Origin: Eledone cirrhosa | Taxonomy: Eukaryota | DNA length: 64,000 nt | Assembly: GCA_964016885.1 (NCBI GenBank) | Contig: OZ024744.1 | Span: 68,944,001-69,008,000, forward strand | Direction: 5' to 3' | In this document: positions 26,036 to 36,734 of the stretch, one piece after another | How the letters are laid out: every line of letters begins with the position of its first letter | Numbering within the stretch: the first letter of the stretch is position 1 | Translations under genes and position numbers: made by a program | The notes under the pieces: generated by a model | Seen by the model: the letters and a program-made list of their open reading frames with translations, nothing else | Told to the model about the DNA's origin: nothing | Databases searched by the model: none

Positions 26036-29000
26036 CTTTCTTTATTAACCACAAGGGTTTACATAAAGTAGTCATTAAGGACAATACAGGACAATACAGG
26101 ACGGTACATGTGGCCATTTATGCGTGTAAAAAACAAAAACAGAGGCTGTAACAAAAAAATAACAATGAAAAATTCCCCAATACGGGGGAGACTTCCGAGG
26201 GACATTCGTGGAGAAAGCCCATTAAAAAGCCACAGTGACCCTGACCACCAGGGCAAGTGCCCTCTCCCAGTTTTCCAACTTTAATTTACAGACACATACA
26301 CAGAGTAGGCCCATGCACTCGGGCCATTCTTGCTTCTCTCACCCATCTTTCAACAAAATGCTGGGAAGAGAGCACTTCCCTCTCTGCCCTGATTTTCCTT
26401 TTCAAATGAAATTTGAAAAAGTTAATCAGGGCATCACTGAAGAGGTAAGTGCTCGTCTTCAGCCCTTTCAAACGTGTCCACCATACTATCTCTTTCGCCA
26501 TGGCCACCAGACAGATAAAAACTGCCTGCCCTTCCCGGCTAAAGGAAGGGGGCGGGGCAATCCTCACGATGGACTCAGCTGATAGCTGGATCCGTCCTAC
26601 ACGCGACAGCAGGTGTTCGACAGAAACCCACAAGTCAGCAATGCTCGGACACTGGACGAGTGCGTGCAGGACGGTTTCGTCGCCCTACGCGCATCACGGA
26701 CATGCCCGGCTGACGGCACCTCCATGCCTGTAGAGTTTATCCCGAACTGGCAAAGCTCCTCGGTAGCACTGCCAGACCAGGGATTTCTGGAAGTTGTCCA
26801 TAGGCCCCGGCCCGAAAGTCCTTCCGAAGAGATTGGCTAGTTGATTTTCGTCGACGCCTAGAGTTTCCCAAGTACGTCGTCGCTCTTCACCTCCACTAAT
26901 CCTCTATAGAACGCCAAGGTGGAGTTTCATCCGATCACATTGCCCGATTGGTCGAGGGCTGTGAGCGCCTGAAGACATTACAGTCTCCAAGCGCTCCCTC
27001 TCGGTCTTCGCTTGACACAGGACTGCAGCTCCGTCAAGGAGACGAGCTAGGGAAAGACGCGTCTAGCAAACGGCGACCACACCTGATCACCGTCGAGGAA
27101 GAGGTGGAAATACCGTAGCCTGAGCGCGTGTCTGCGCATCATCAGCCACGGCATGTCCAGCCCTCCACGTAGCAGGTATTGACAGCAGATGGACCACCTG
27201 ACCATCGGAGCGCGTCCCTTCCTCACAAAGCGAAAGAGAAAACGCTCGAGCGCAGTCAGGCGGGGCTTAGGACAATGTACGACGGTCAGGCGGTAGTAGA
27301 TGACGGACGCGATGTACGCGTTAACCACATCCGCTCGACCTTTCAGGGATAATTTCATTTCTGCCCATTTCTGGGTGAGAGTTGCCACCCTGCTCGTCAC
27401 CTCGTCCCAGTTTTTGTCCGTCTGGAGGTCCAGCCCGAACCAGACCCTAGCAATTAACCGGTCCGTCCGTCCAGCGCCCGACGACGCTGTTGGACGGCAT
27501 CAACCTGCCTATCCAGGTGCCGAGCTGCAGGCCCACTGACTTTTCCTGGTTGATCATTGCTCCTGTCACCGCTTAGTATTCTCTTAGTGTAGTGCCGATC
27601 GTTCTCGATGTGTTTGGCGTTCGACACCACTACGGTGACATTGTCCGCATATGCTGACACGGATCTTCCACATCCTAGTTCGCGCGGGATCCCCCTCAAC
27701 GTCTCCAGTGTGTGCAGAATTGGCTCGAGAGTCAATACGTACAACAGGGACGAGAGAGGAAATCCTTGGCGGACCGAGTGCATGATGTTGAACGGTTCCG
27801 AAAGGTGACCGTTCACTCTAACCACAGAGCAGATATCGCTGTGCATGGCAGCGATCCAGCCTCTGAAGACGAGCCCAAAGCCAGTCTCCCTCACGACTGC
27901 CGCAGATAACGATGTTCCACCCTATCAAAAGCTTTCGACTGATCTAAATTGATCAAGGACCAACCCATGCCAGGTTCCCTAGCAACATTCTCCAGGATCC
28001 ATCGCATGAGGTGGAGGTTGTCGTTGATGGATCTGTCTGGGATGACGCATGTCTGCGCCTCTCCCACCAGACCAACAACGACAAGCGCCAACCTCTTTGC
28101 TAGCATCTTGGCCAAAATCTTGAACTCTGTGTTTAGCAGAGTTATGGGCCTGAAATTATCTACGTTATCCCCTTTGTTCGGATCTTTTCTCAGCAGCGCC
28201 ACCGCTCCTCGGCTCACAGAGCTGAGAATTCTCCCGTTCTGTTGCCAGTTGCAGTAGACGTTCGCCAAGAGGTCTCCGAACAAGTCTGGCATTTGTACGT
28301 AAAGTTCATAGGGCAGACCATCCAAACCAGGCGATTTACCCCTTGTGCAGCTAGTCATTGTCTCCCGTACTTCAGCGGCTGTTATCGGCTTTTCGCAACA
28401 CTCCGCCTCAGTGGCCGAGAGCCGCGGCAGTCCGTCCAGGTAGGCACTAAAGTCCATCCCGCGATCCGGTCTGCTGCTGCCCACGAACAGCTGGGAGAAG
28501 TGCCGCTAGAAAGCTTCACACATTTGCCCGGGAACGAGTAGCATGCGCCCGTCGTGGTCCACCAAAGACCGGATCGTGGCTTTGTTGCCACGACGCGCCT
28601 CCGCCACTCGGGCCCATTGAACGGCTTTCGTCCCCTCGTGTCTGAGAGCACGCACCCTAGCTCTGACAACGCAGTCTTCGTGCTTTCCATTGAAGAATTG
28701 GTCGAGGGCCAGCAAGTCCGTAGCGATGCATTTATTAAGCGCCTCGTCTAAATTTCTAACTAGTTCTCTCTCTGCTCTATTTTCCTCTATTGCTGACGCC
28801 TTACTAAACCTAATGGACTCTATTCTAATCGCTCTTTTCAGAGCAAATCACCATTTGTTGTTGACGATGGCCCACGTCAACGACAGCTTAACTAGTTCGC
28901 TAAACCTCTGTAGGCCTTGCGCGCTGTTAACGGTGCGTTTAGCTTCCAGTAGCTCACAGATCACGAATTTGTGGTCCGTGTAGCTGACTATCTTGAATTG

Positions 29001-29304
29001 TGGACAGCCTATGCTAGACCTATCTATTTCCCTACAAAATACCCTATCTAGATATGATCTGTATGACCGGATGCGGTTTGTCCATGTCCACATTGGCACA
29101 TTCGGGAAATCCAGACGGTACCTGTTAGACAGTTGAAACCGTCTGAGCATATTTACGAGGCTTTTACACCCTTCTCCCCTATCCGCTAATCCCACACAGT
29201 CCCAGCGTCCATCTAAGATCCCGTTCCAGTCGTCCACTAACACTAAAGAGTGGGACGTTCCAAGAAAGGTCTCCAGACGCCAGAAGAAATCAGGCCGCCC
29301 GTTC
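26030..29304 (-). mobile_element. Tx1-type (L1 group) LINE, 5' truncated, disrupted ORF2, (TTA)n tail
   Basis: YLDRV and TDH (APE); KSPGLDGLP, LDQSKAFDRV, VRQG and YADN (RT); C-terminal Cys/His domain. Confidence 0.93.
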
Positions 29305-29434
29305 ATAGTTCAATTTCTAGTTGATATAAAATGCTCGGATCTATTCATTGGAATCTTTGAGCTTATTCTACGCTGGATATGACGCATGTCTCGGCCATGA
29401 CTCCCTTAATTTAATTTAATTTAATTAATTTTAG

Positions 29435-29576
<142 letters not shown>

Positions 29577-29758
29577 TAAAGATACTATTTATAGTTATCT
29601 ATGTATATACGATACTATAAAAAACTATAAACAGGGAAGGTCAGTAATTTATTACTACCTTATTACCAGTAAGAGAAATAGCTCAATGTAAGAACATCAG
29701 TTGTTTTACAGATCAGTAATATAGAATACACAAGTATCAAACTTATGTTTAAAACATT

Positions 29759-29812
29759 TAATCGCTGACAATTGTTTCTTCCAAACTTAGGCTTGGTGTC
29801 CTCGGAGCATTA
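29759..29812 (-). ncRNA. Hammerhead motif (CCGAGGA core)
   Basis: Reverse strand reads TGCT CCGAGGA CACCAAGCCTAAGTTTGGAA GAAAC AATT GTC AGCG. Confidence 0.65.
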
Positions 29813-29887
29813 TCAATGTTTGTACATATTCAACTGAAGAATCATTCTTCAGTTGAATAGGAGGTTAATTATATGTACAAACATTGA

Positions 29888-29941
29888 TAACGCTCCGAGG
29901 ACATCAAGCCTAAGTTTGGAAGAAACAATTGTCAGCGATTA
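29888..29941 (+). ncRNA. Hammerhead motif (CCGAGGA core, palindromic AATT loop III)
   Basis: CGCT CCGAGGA CATCAAGCCTAAGTTTGGAA GAAAC AATT GTC AGCG; stem II base is unpaired. Confidence 0.68.
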
Positions 29942-30163
29942 AATGTTTTAAACATAGCTTTGCTACTTGTGTATTCTATATATATGACTCTTTTCATATA
30001 TATATATATATATACTATATTATATTTAGAGATTAAACTCATAGTCGTTTACAATTAATCAGCTCAAAGAAAGAGACATTTCTGAGCAGTGAAATACAAG
30101 TTATATATTAATATATATGATAAACACAAACATATATATATAAATACATATATATATACATGA

Positions 30164-30280
30164 AAAGAGTCAGGAGCCCGACGGCTGAGCTCTGGTCGTT
30201 TAAACAGCTAGATCCGAAGTAAGCTAGCGGATCTAGCTGTTGAAAGGGCCGGAGCTCAGCCGTCGGGGTCCTGACTCTTT
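30164..30280. repeat. GC-rich near-perfect hairpin (~52 bp stem)
   Basis: AAAGAGTCAGGAGCCCGACGGCTGAGCTC...CAGCTAGATCCG / CGGATCTAGCTG...GAGCTCAGCCGTCGGGGTCCTGACTCTTT. Confidence 0.93.
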
Positions 30281-30409
30281 CCCTATTACCCACTCTACTA
30301 CCCTAAGTATTGAGTACTCTGGTGCGTTATGGTCCACGTGGTATCTTACCACACCTTCTTTGTTATATATATATATATATATTGCATATGTGTCTCTATT
30401 TCTCTACCC

Positions 30410-30448
<39 letters not shown>

Positions 30449-30469
30449 CCTCTCTCTCTCTCTCTCCCC

Positions 30470-30511
<42 letters not shown>

Positions 30512-31634
30512 CAACGGTCGCTATCTTCAATTTGCAAAGCCCTTTAAACGGTATGTTATTACTCTAAGGTTTTATACATTATCGAGTGCTTGGCTGCACT
30601 TTTGAATGCATTCGTCGGCTTAGCTGCGGCTCGAGCTTCGAATATGCTGTACTTCCATGTGTATTACTATCTCCTAGACCTAATGATTAATTGATTAATT
30701 TGATTAGACAATTCTATTGATTGGTTAATTATTTATGTTTGTTCAATAACGATCTGGTTGAGTGCTTAATTCAGTTTGTGTACAGAACTTATTCCATTGC
30801 TCATAATTTGAATTTGACCACCAAAAACCGGGTGTTAGCTCCCTTTGTAGAAACATGTGCTCCCACAACCGGTCTGGCGTCAGAACGGAAGCCTGTTGAG
30901 AAAGTAAATCCTCTGTTCGATCTTCCAGAACCTTAACTTGCATACACGGCAAGCGGATTTTGTGTGTGTTGTCAACACAACACACACAAAAACAAGATGG
31001 CGTAGGAGAGAACAAAGAAGAGGCACAAAACAAAGAAAATAATCCCCAGTCACTGAAGAGGTCACAGAATGTGTGACGAAAGAACTTTAACAATATATGA
31101 ACAACTGTCCGGTTGTGGAACCAACCAACCAACCAACCAACCAACCGGAAATTTATAAATAAAAAAACAAAAAAAAACAATTTTTTTAAGAACATTTTTT
31201 TTTTTTAAACTTTTAATTTATAATAAATTGGACTGAAAGCAACTGGTGTGTGGGTTTCTTATTGGCAACATCACCCTCCCAAAGTATAACAATATCGGTT
31301 TCTACACACATTTTCAGATAAAGAATCTTGCTAAACAAATTCAGAAACGAAATATATATAATTTTGATATGTTTATATACATTTTTTCTTCTAATTTTGA
31401 TTTTATACCTAATTGTGTATGGTTGACGATTTCCACGTGCTATTAGAAATGCTGGGTAAATATTCTATAACTGTTGATCGCAAATAGATAGCTGTCGTTT
31501 ATTTATCTATTATTTCTTCATAGGTGTCTTTTAATCTGATAGCCTTGTTTAATTGTTTTTTTGTGTGGTTGATCATGCTGATTGGGAGAGGAAATAATGT
31601 ATATATTTTATCAAATGATTCTATGGACATACTT

Positions 31635-31683
<49 letters not shown>

Positions 31684-31834
31684 CAAGATGTATGGTAGGT
31701 CGTATGTGAATCGCGATGATCACGCCTGACCTACCAAATTGCGACGGTAGCTAGTTAAGCTCTATGCGTATAAGCAGAGCAGAAATATTAATGAAAAAGA
31801 ACAAAGGAACTATTATGACATTATAACAAGTTTA

Positions 31835-31884
31835 TTGCCGACAGCCGTTTCGTCCGACCATATGGTGGGACTTTTCAAGGCATA
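31835..31884 (-). ncRNA. Hammerhead motif, U3-A8 compensatory core (UUGAAAA)
   Basis: Reverse strand reads TGCC C TTGAAAA GTCC-C-ACCATATGGT-C-GGAC GAAAC GGCT GTC GGCA. Confidence 0.75.
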
Positions 31885-32236
31885 TAACATGTGATTGTAA
31901 GTTCATTATTTACATCAACGTTTCACTCAAGATTAGCAGTTTGAAATTGTGGTATACATCAGCAGCTCCGCTTGTATATTTGGGGTCTATATTCTAAGGG
32001 GGCTCTTTTATATTAGTTGTCGGAGTTGTAAAAGGGATGGGTTATGGGGAGTTAAGAGAATTTGAAAAGGGCCTAGGAGTCAGGGATTGAAGGTTAAAAA
32101 TTAGATAATTTATAATTTACGCATTAAAAGTAAAGGACTTGGGACCTCGTAGAAGCACCTTAAAAAATCCCTCAATAAGTGCATAAAGCTTATAAGCCCC
32201 AATAAACCTAACAAACCAGAAGAGATTAAGAGACTA

Positions 32237-32398
32237 AAAAAATAAAAAAATAAAAAAATTAAAAAATTAAAAAATTAAAAAATTAAAAAATTAAAAAATT
32301 AAAAAATTAAAAAATTAAAAAATTAAAAAATTAAAAAATTAAAAAATTAAAAAATAAAAAAAATAAAAAAATAAAAAATAAAAAAATAAAAAAATAAA
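32237..32398. repeat. (AAAAAATT)n low-complexity array
   Basis: Read directly from the sequence. Confidence 0.95.
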
Positions 32399-34485
32399 GT
32401 TTCCTAAAAAAAAATATAAAGTTTCCTAAAAAATTCCTTCGAGAGAAAAAAAAATTTTTTTCGTAAGAAAAAAATTTTCGTAAGAAAAAAATTTTCTTCC
32501 CCAGAGATGACGTTAAAAAATTTCAGAAAATTTACGAAGTTTTGATAATCCCTACTAAGTTGAAAGAAACTAATCAATTAAAGGTTAATTCAAAAAGCCT
32601 TCAAAAAATCCCTCAGAAAAGGCCCCTTTAATATTTTTAATAAGAACCTCTCCCGAGAGACCCTTCGAAGAATTAAAATTTTAGAGAGCCTTTAAGGATA
32701 TATATAAACGAATTGAGGAAAATTATAAATTAAAAGTTAAAAATTACGGGATTTGGGATATTCGAGGAATTTTCAAAGGGCTGCTTCAACAGATACAACT
32801 TAGGTATAATAGATAAAATAATTTAAGTAATTTAAGTAATTTAATTAGGGAGCAATTCAAAGAGCTTATCAAGTTGGGCAAGATTAAAGAAAATGATAAG
32901 TAAGAAAATACAGAAGCAAAAAGACAATAATTATAAAATGCATTTTTAAGAAGGTATAAGGTAGCTTCAGTAATCTAATAATGTACTATCAAAAAATTAT
33001 TATAAAATTATTAATACAGGATTAACAAAGACATAATAATATATTCCTGCCTAATTAACAAATAATCAATAAACAATTAACAGTCAAGCAAAATTAGCTC
33101 AGGGATAACCCGTGCACGGATACTTTACACACATACAGCAAGATGAACAATACAGGTGACCTTGTGGGTACGATATCCATTGTACGTATGTAGTCATCTG
33201 CATAGCTCCAGGCACAGTTGGTCTTGTTTAAAAGTTCAGAGTTCACGAATCAACTGGGATTCACTATCAGCTGTGTGGACTCTCTGGGAAATGTACCTGT
33301 GGATCAAATAGCTAGTGGTTGCTGGGTGTGGTCCGTTCGATCTTTTAGTTTCGGGGGTTGCACGCTTTTGCGATAGATCAGCCTGCCGGTTCTAAATCCA
33401 AGGTCTCGCTGCATAGGATGTATTGGTTTACATGCTATATTGGTAAAAAAAACAGTGTGGATTTGACTGGGGTGGTATATCGCGTCTCTCGCTAATATCA
33501 CCTCCTCTTACGAACTCCAAGCACACACGCGACTGGTCAAATGCGAAGGGCTGTCCCCTCTTTGTTTGTTGTAGGGGTCGGTTCCAGCTTAGATAGTGGT
33601 CGTGTTATCCATATTCCGTCAGCCATGCATATTCAAGACAAATCAGGGTATATACTTGTGGGTATGGTCAGGCGTCTACGCTATCCAAAGGGTCTCTCTT
33701 GTGGTATTTTCAAGTTCGCATGTCATCTCCCGTTTAAGACTGCGCATGCTTCGGTGAATCTCATGCATGGAATCTTGGGGTATCATATTACACGGGGTGA
33801 CTAGCAGAAAATATATATTCCATGCTATCGCGCACGCGCTGGCCTGTGGCTACGACCGTGTCCAGTCTCGGGTAGTAGCAGACAGCAGGTAGACCAGCAA
33901 GACTCACCCCTGCTCAAGGGGCACAACCCCTAACTTATCGAGTGGTCAGACATCAAGGGAGTCAACTCTCCAAGCCCATTAAGTCAACCGAGGTAATATA
34001 CAAAAAAATCCCTATTAATAAAGAACTAACTCAAAAAAAAACCACTAATAATAAAGAAGAACTAACTCAATGGAAGTGAATGGGGGAGAATGGGGAGGGG
34101 CATCTATTTGGGCGGGGGTTTATTAGGGGGGGGGGGTGATTGGTTATAGGCAGGGAGCGGCCGCCATATTGGGTGTTCTGTTACTGTTTCCTTGGGCAAG
34201 TTCCCGAATTTGTTGACATACATCTCCGACGGCACCTTCCCCGATTAGTCAACGTGGGTTCAGGCACTCACAATGTCCCACACCGCAGGCATCAGCTGCC
34301 CCCAGGGTGCCCAGCAACAATGCTGCCACCAATCCCAAGTTGGCAAGTGGGACACAGGGTCGACTGTTCCTCACCAGACTCCCCATCGGCAATCGGGGAG
34401 CCGAGGCATCAATGCGGCCGGGGTTACTCAAGAGCACCCTATTCGCCAGCGGGGCAGCCATGTGCGGGACAGGGTGGGGTCAGGG

Positions 34486-36102
34486 CTATGTGTCTGGTCT
34501 GAAGAAAAAGAAAGAGCTAAGTATATTATGGGGGCAGGACGAGAAGATTTCTGACCTCCTGTTGAGCAAGTTGAGTCCTGAGAATACTATGGCATGAGAT
34601 TCAGTTAGGCACAGGCTACAAAACCTGCTCAACGAGCTATATGGAGGAGCTTTAGTAAGGCATCTCCAGCTTAGTGTGTAGGGGGTTTTTGTTTGTTTTA
34701 AGTTATGTATGTGCCCCGCTAACGACGTGGTATTTTTAAGCTTCTCATACTGGAAGCTATTCTGGTGGGCGTTGAATCTCGTCTTGCTGGTTAGCGGTTG
34801 ACCCCACATACGTCTTAGTATACGTGTCTGTGGTTACGTTACAAGCATATACTACGTTGCTAATAAGGCAGTGTCCAGCTAGTGGGCATTTGTCCTTCCT
34901 TCTGCAATTACACTTTCTAATAGGGTCATGCTCCTCAATCAGGGGTGCATGTCCCTCCAAGCAGCCGCGGGGCTGCCTAGTGGGACCGGTTCTATTGCCT
35001 GTTATCCCCCTGGGTCTTTCATTTAGTGGGTTGGTCCCGTGTTGTCGTGTGTACTGGCATGGTTCACTATTTCGGATGGCCTTAAGTCCCTCTTTAATCT
35101 TACTCTTATTGGTCTTAGCTAGGTGTGAGGCCGGATTAGGGGTTGTTGAGTACGATAGTTTGATAGTATTCTTATTGATGACACTACCGTACCTACTACC
35201 TGGGGGGAAGTTCCTATCTATTAAATAGAAAAAAGATTTGGGGAGGTCTGTAGTAATATTAGAGCTGAAGGGCGGGTTAAAGAAGGTACTATCACATCTT
35301 CTATTCCTTCCACTGCGTTTCTTATCCCCTATGCTGCTTATCCTCCCTTCATCTATATTATTACGGGTTCTACCAGGTGTGGTTGCTGGGCTCCCAGTGG
35401 TATGTGTGTTGGTCTCGAAACTCCTAGGCCTCTGGCCCCCGTTTTCACTGTTGGACTTGCTTGGGGCGGCGTAGCGCTTTCCAGGCGCATGGGCCCTATC
35501 CGTGTCTGCATTGCGAGTGTTGTTGTTCTTAGCTAAATTCCTATTGTCCCTATTCGTCTTTCTAGCTCTCCCTCCATCTCCCATGGACATATTATGCGTG
35601 ATTACAGTGCTGGGTTGGGGTGGTGGGGTGGTGCCGCCTGTCTCAACATAATGGAGTTTATCTTTGTGCCCTGACCCAGCTAGCGCCTTATTGTAATACT
35701 CCGCGTTCGCCTCAAATGCGGTCACGCTGCTAGATAGTCCGCTAATCCTACTAGATACTCCTTTAACTATTGCTTTGAGGACCGAGCCTGGGTGGTTGGA
35801 GTTGGCATTGACGTATGTCAGCCTCTCGTTAGGTTTATGGTACGGTGCATATTCTAACTTATCTAGGTCTAGTGTGGCATCTAGAAAGTTGACTACCTTA
35901 CTATTTCTATCCATAGTTATTGATAGGTTAAAGTTCTTGAAGAATTTATATAGGACCTTTCTAGTTCTTTCTAAGTTGTGTCGTTTAAACTCCACAGTAA
36001 GCAATGCGTCGTCACGGTATAGCCCACCTCTGAGGTGTGGGAACTGCTCGTTGAGCTCCTTGAGCAAGTACAATCCGACGAGGTCTGTCACCTGTGCTGA
36101 GT
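34486..36102 (-). pseudogene. Penelope RT C-terminal half and GIY-YIG endonuclease, frameshift near 34790
   Basis: DSAQVTDLVGLY, GLYRDD, VNFLDATLDL, SNHP, FNPPFS, CNC..CPL.G.C, VVY..TYVGST..RFNAH, CSLCL.E, LLN.RSE..S.CPH. Confidence 0.93.
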
Positions 36103-36324
36103 CATATATATATATATGTATATATTTTTTCTCGCGAGTCAGTTTCGTTGCTACGGTCCCCGCTGCTGAATTAGTGGTCTCTATCTTCAATTTGCAAAGC
36201 CCTTTAAACTGTATGTTAATACTCTAAGGTTTTATACCTTATCGAGTGCTTGGCTGCACTTCTGAATGCATTCGTCGGCTTAGCTGCGGCTCGAGCTTCG
36301 AATTTGCTGTACTTCTATTTGTAT

Positions 36325-36439
<115 letters not shown>

Positions 36440-36467
36440 CATGAATCAAAGTTCTGTTTAAATCATT

Positions 36468-36521
36468 TATTCGCTTACAATTGTTTCTTCCAAACCGAGG
36501 TTTGAACTCTTCGGAGCAATT
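36468..36521 (-). ncRNA. Solo hammerhead motif (CCGAAGA core), same family as the 29720-29980 arms
   Basis: Reverse strand reads TGCT CCGAAGA G TTCAAACC-TC-GGTTTGGA A GAAAC AATT GTA AGCG. Confidence 0.7.
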
Positions 36522-36734
36522 TTTCAATGATTGTTTACATACTTGACCTCCTTTTCAACACAAGAGACATACAGAAACATATGTATATATTGATGCACAG
36601 TGGGTTGACATCCATTATAATATTTAAGCATGGCAATTTACATTTAAAGATTAAAGTCATATTAAAAGAAAACAAAATTGAAGTTAAAATACAACATTGG
36701 CAATTTACGAAGAAAATGCAAGATGATAGTTAGA

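Larger units (their letters stand above)
29720..29980. repeat. Fold-back element with ~110 bp arms, one hammerhead per arm and an inner hairpin in the loop
   Basis: 29720-29829 is inverted at 29871-29980; loop TATTCAACTGAAGAAT-C-ATTCTTCAGTTGAATA. Confidence 0.93.
31690..36102 (-). mobile_element. Penelope-like element (Neptune-type, RT then C-terminal GIY-YIG), 5' truncated, with a long 3' region ending in a hammerhead-bearing pLTR-like segment
   Basis: Coding part 34486-36102; same-strand hammerhead at 31835-31884; (TA)n at both ends. Inclusion of 31690-34480 is inferred. Confidence 0.7.

Noticed and set aside
34486-36102. Naiad-type selenoprotein-coding Penelope element
   Set aside because: The endonuclease is C-terminal and the conserved cysteines are normal codons; no in-frame UGA seen
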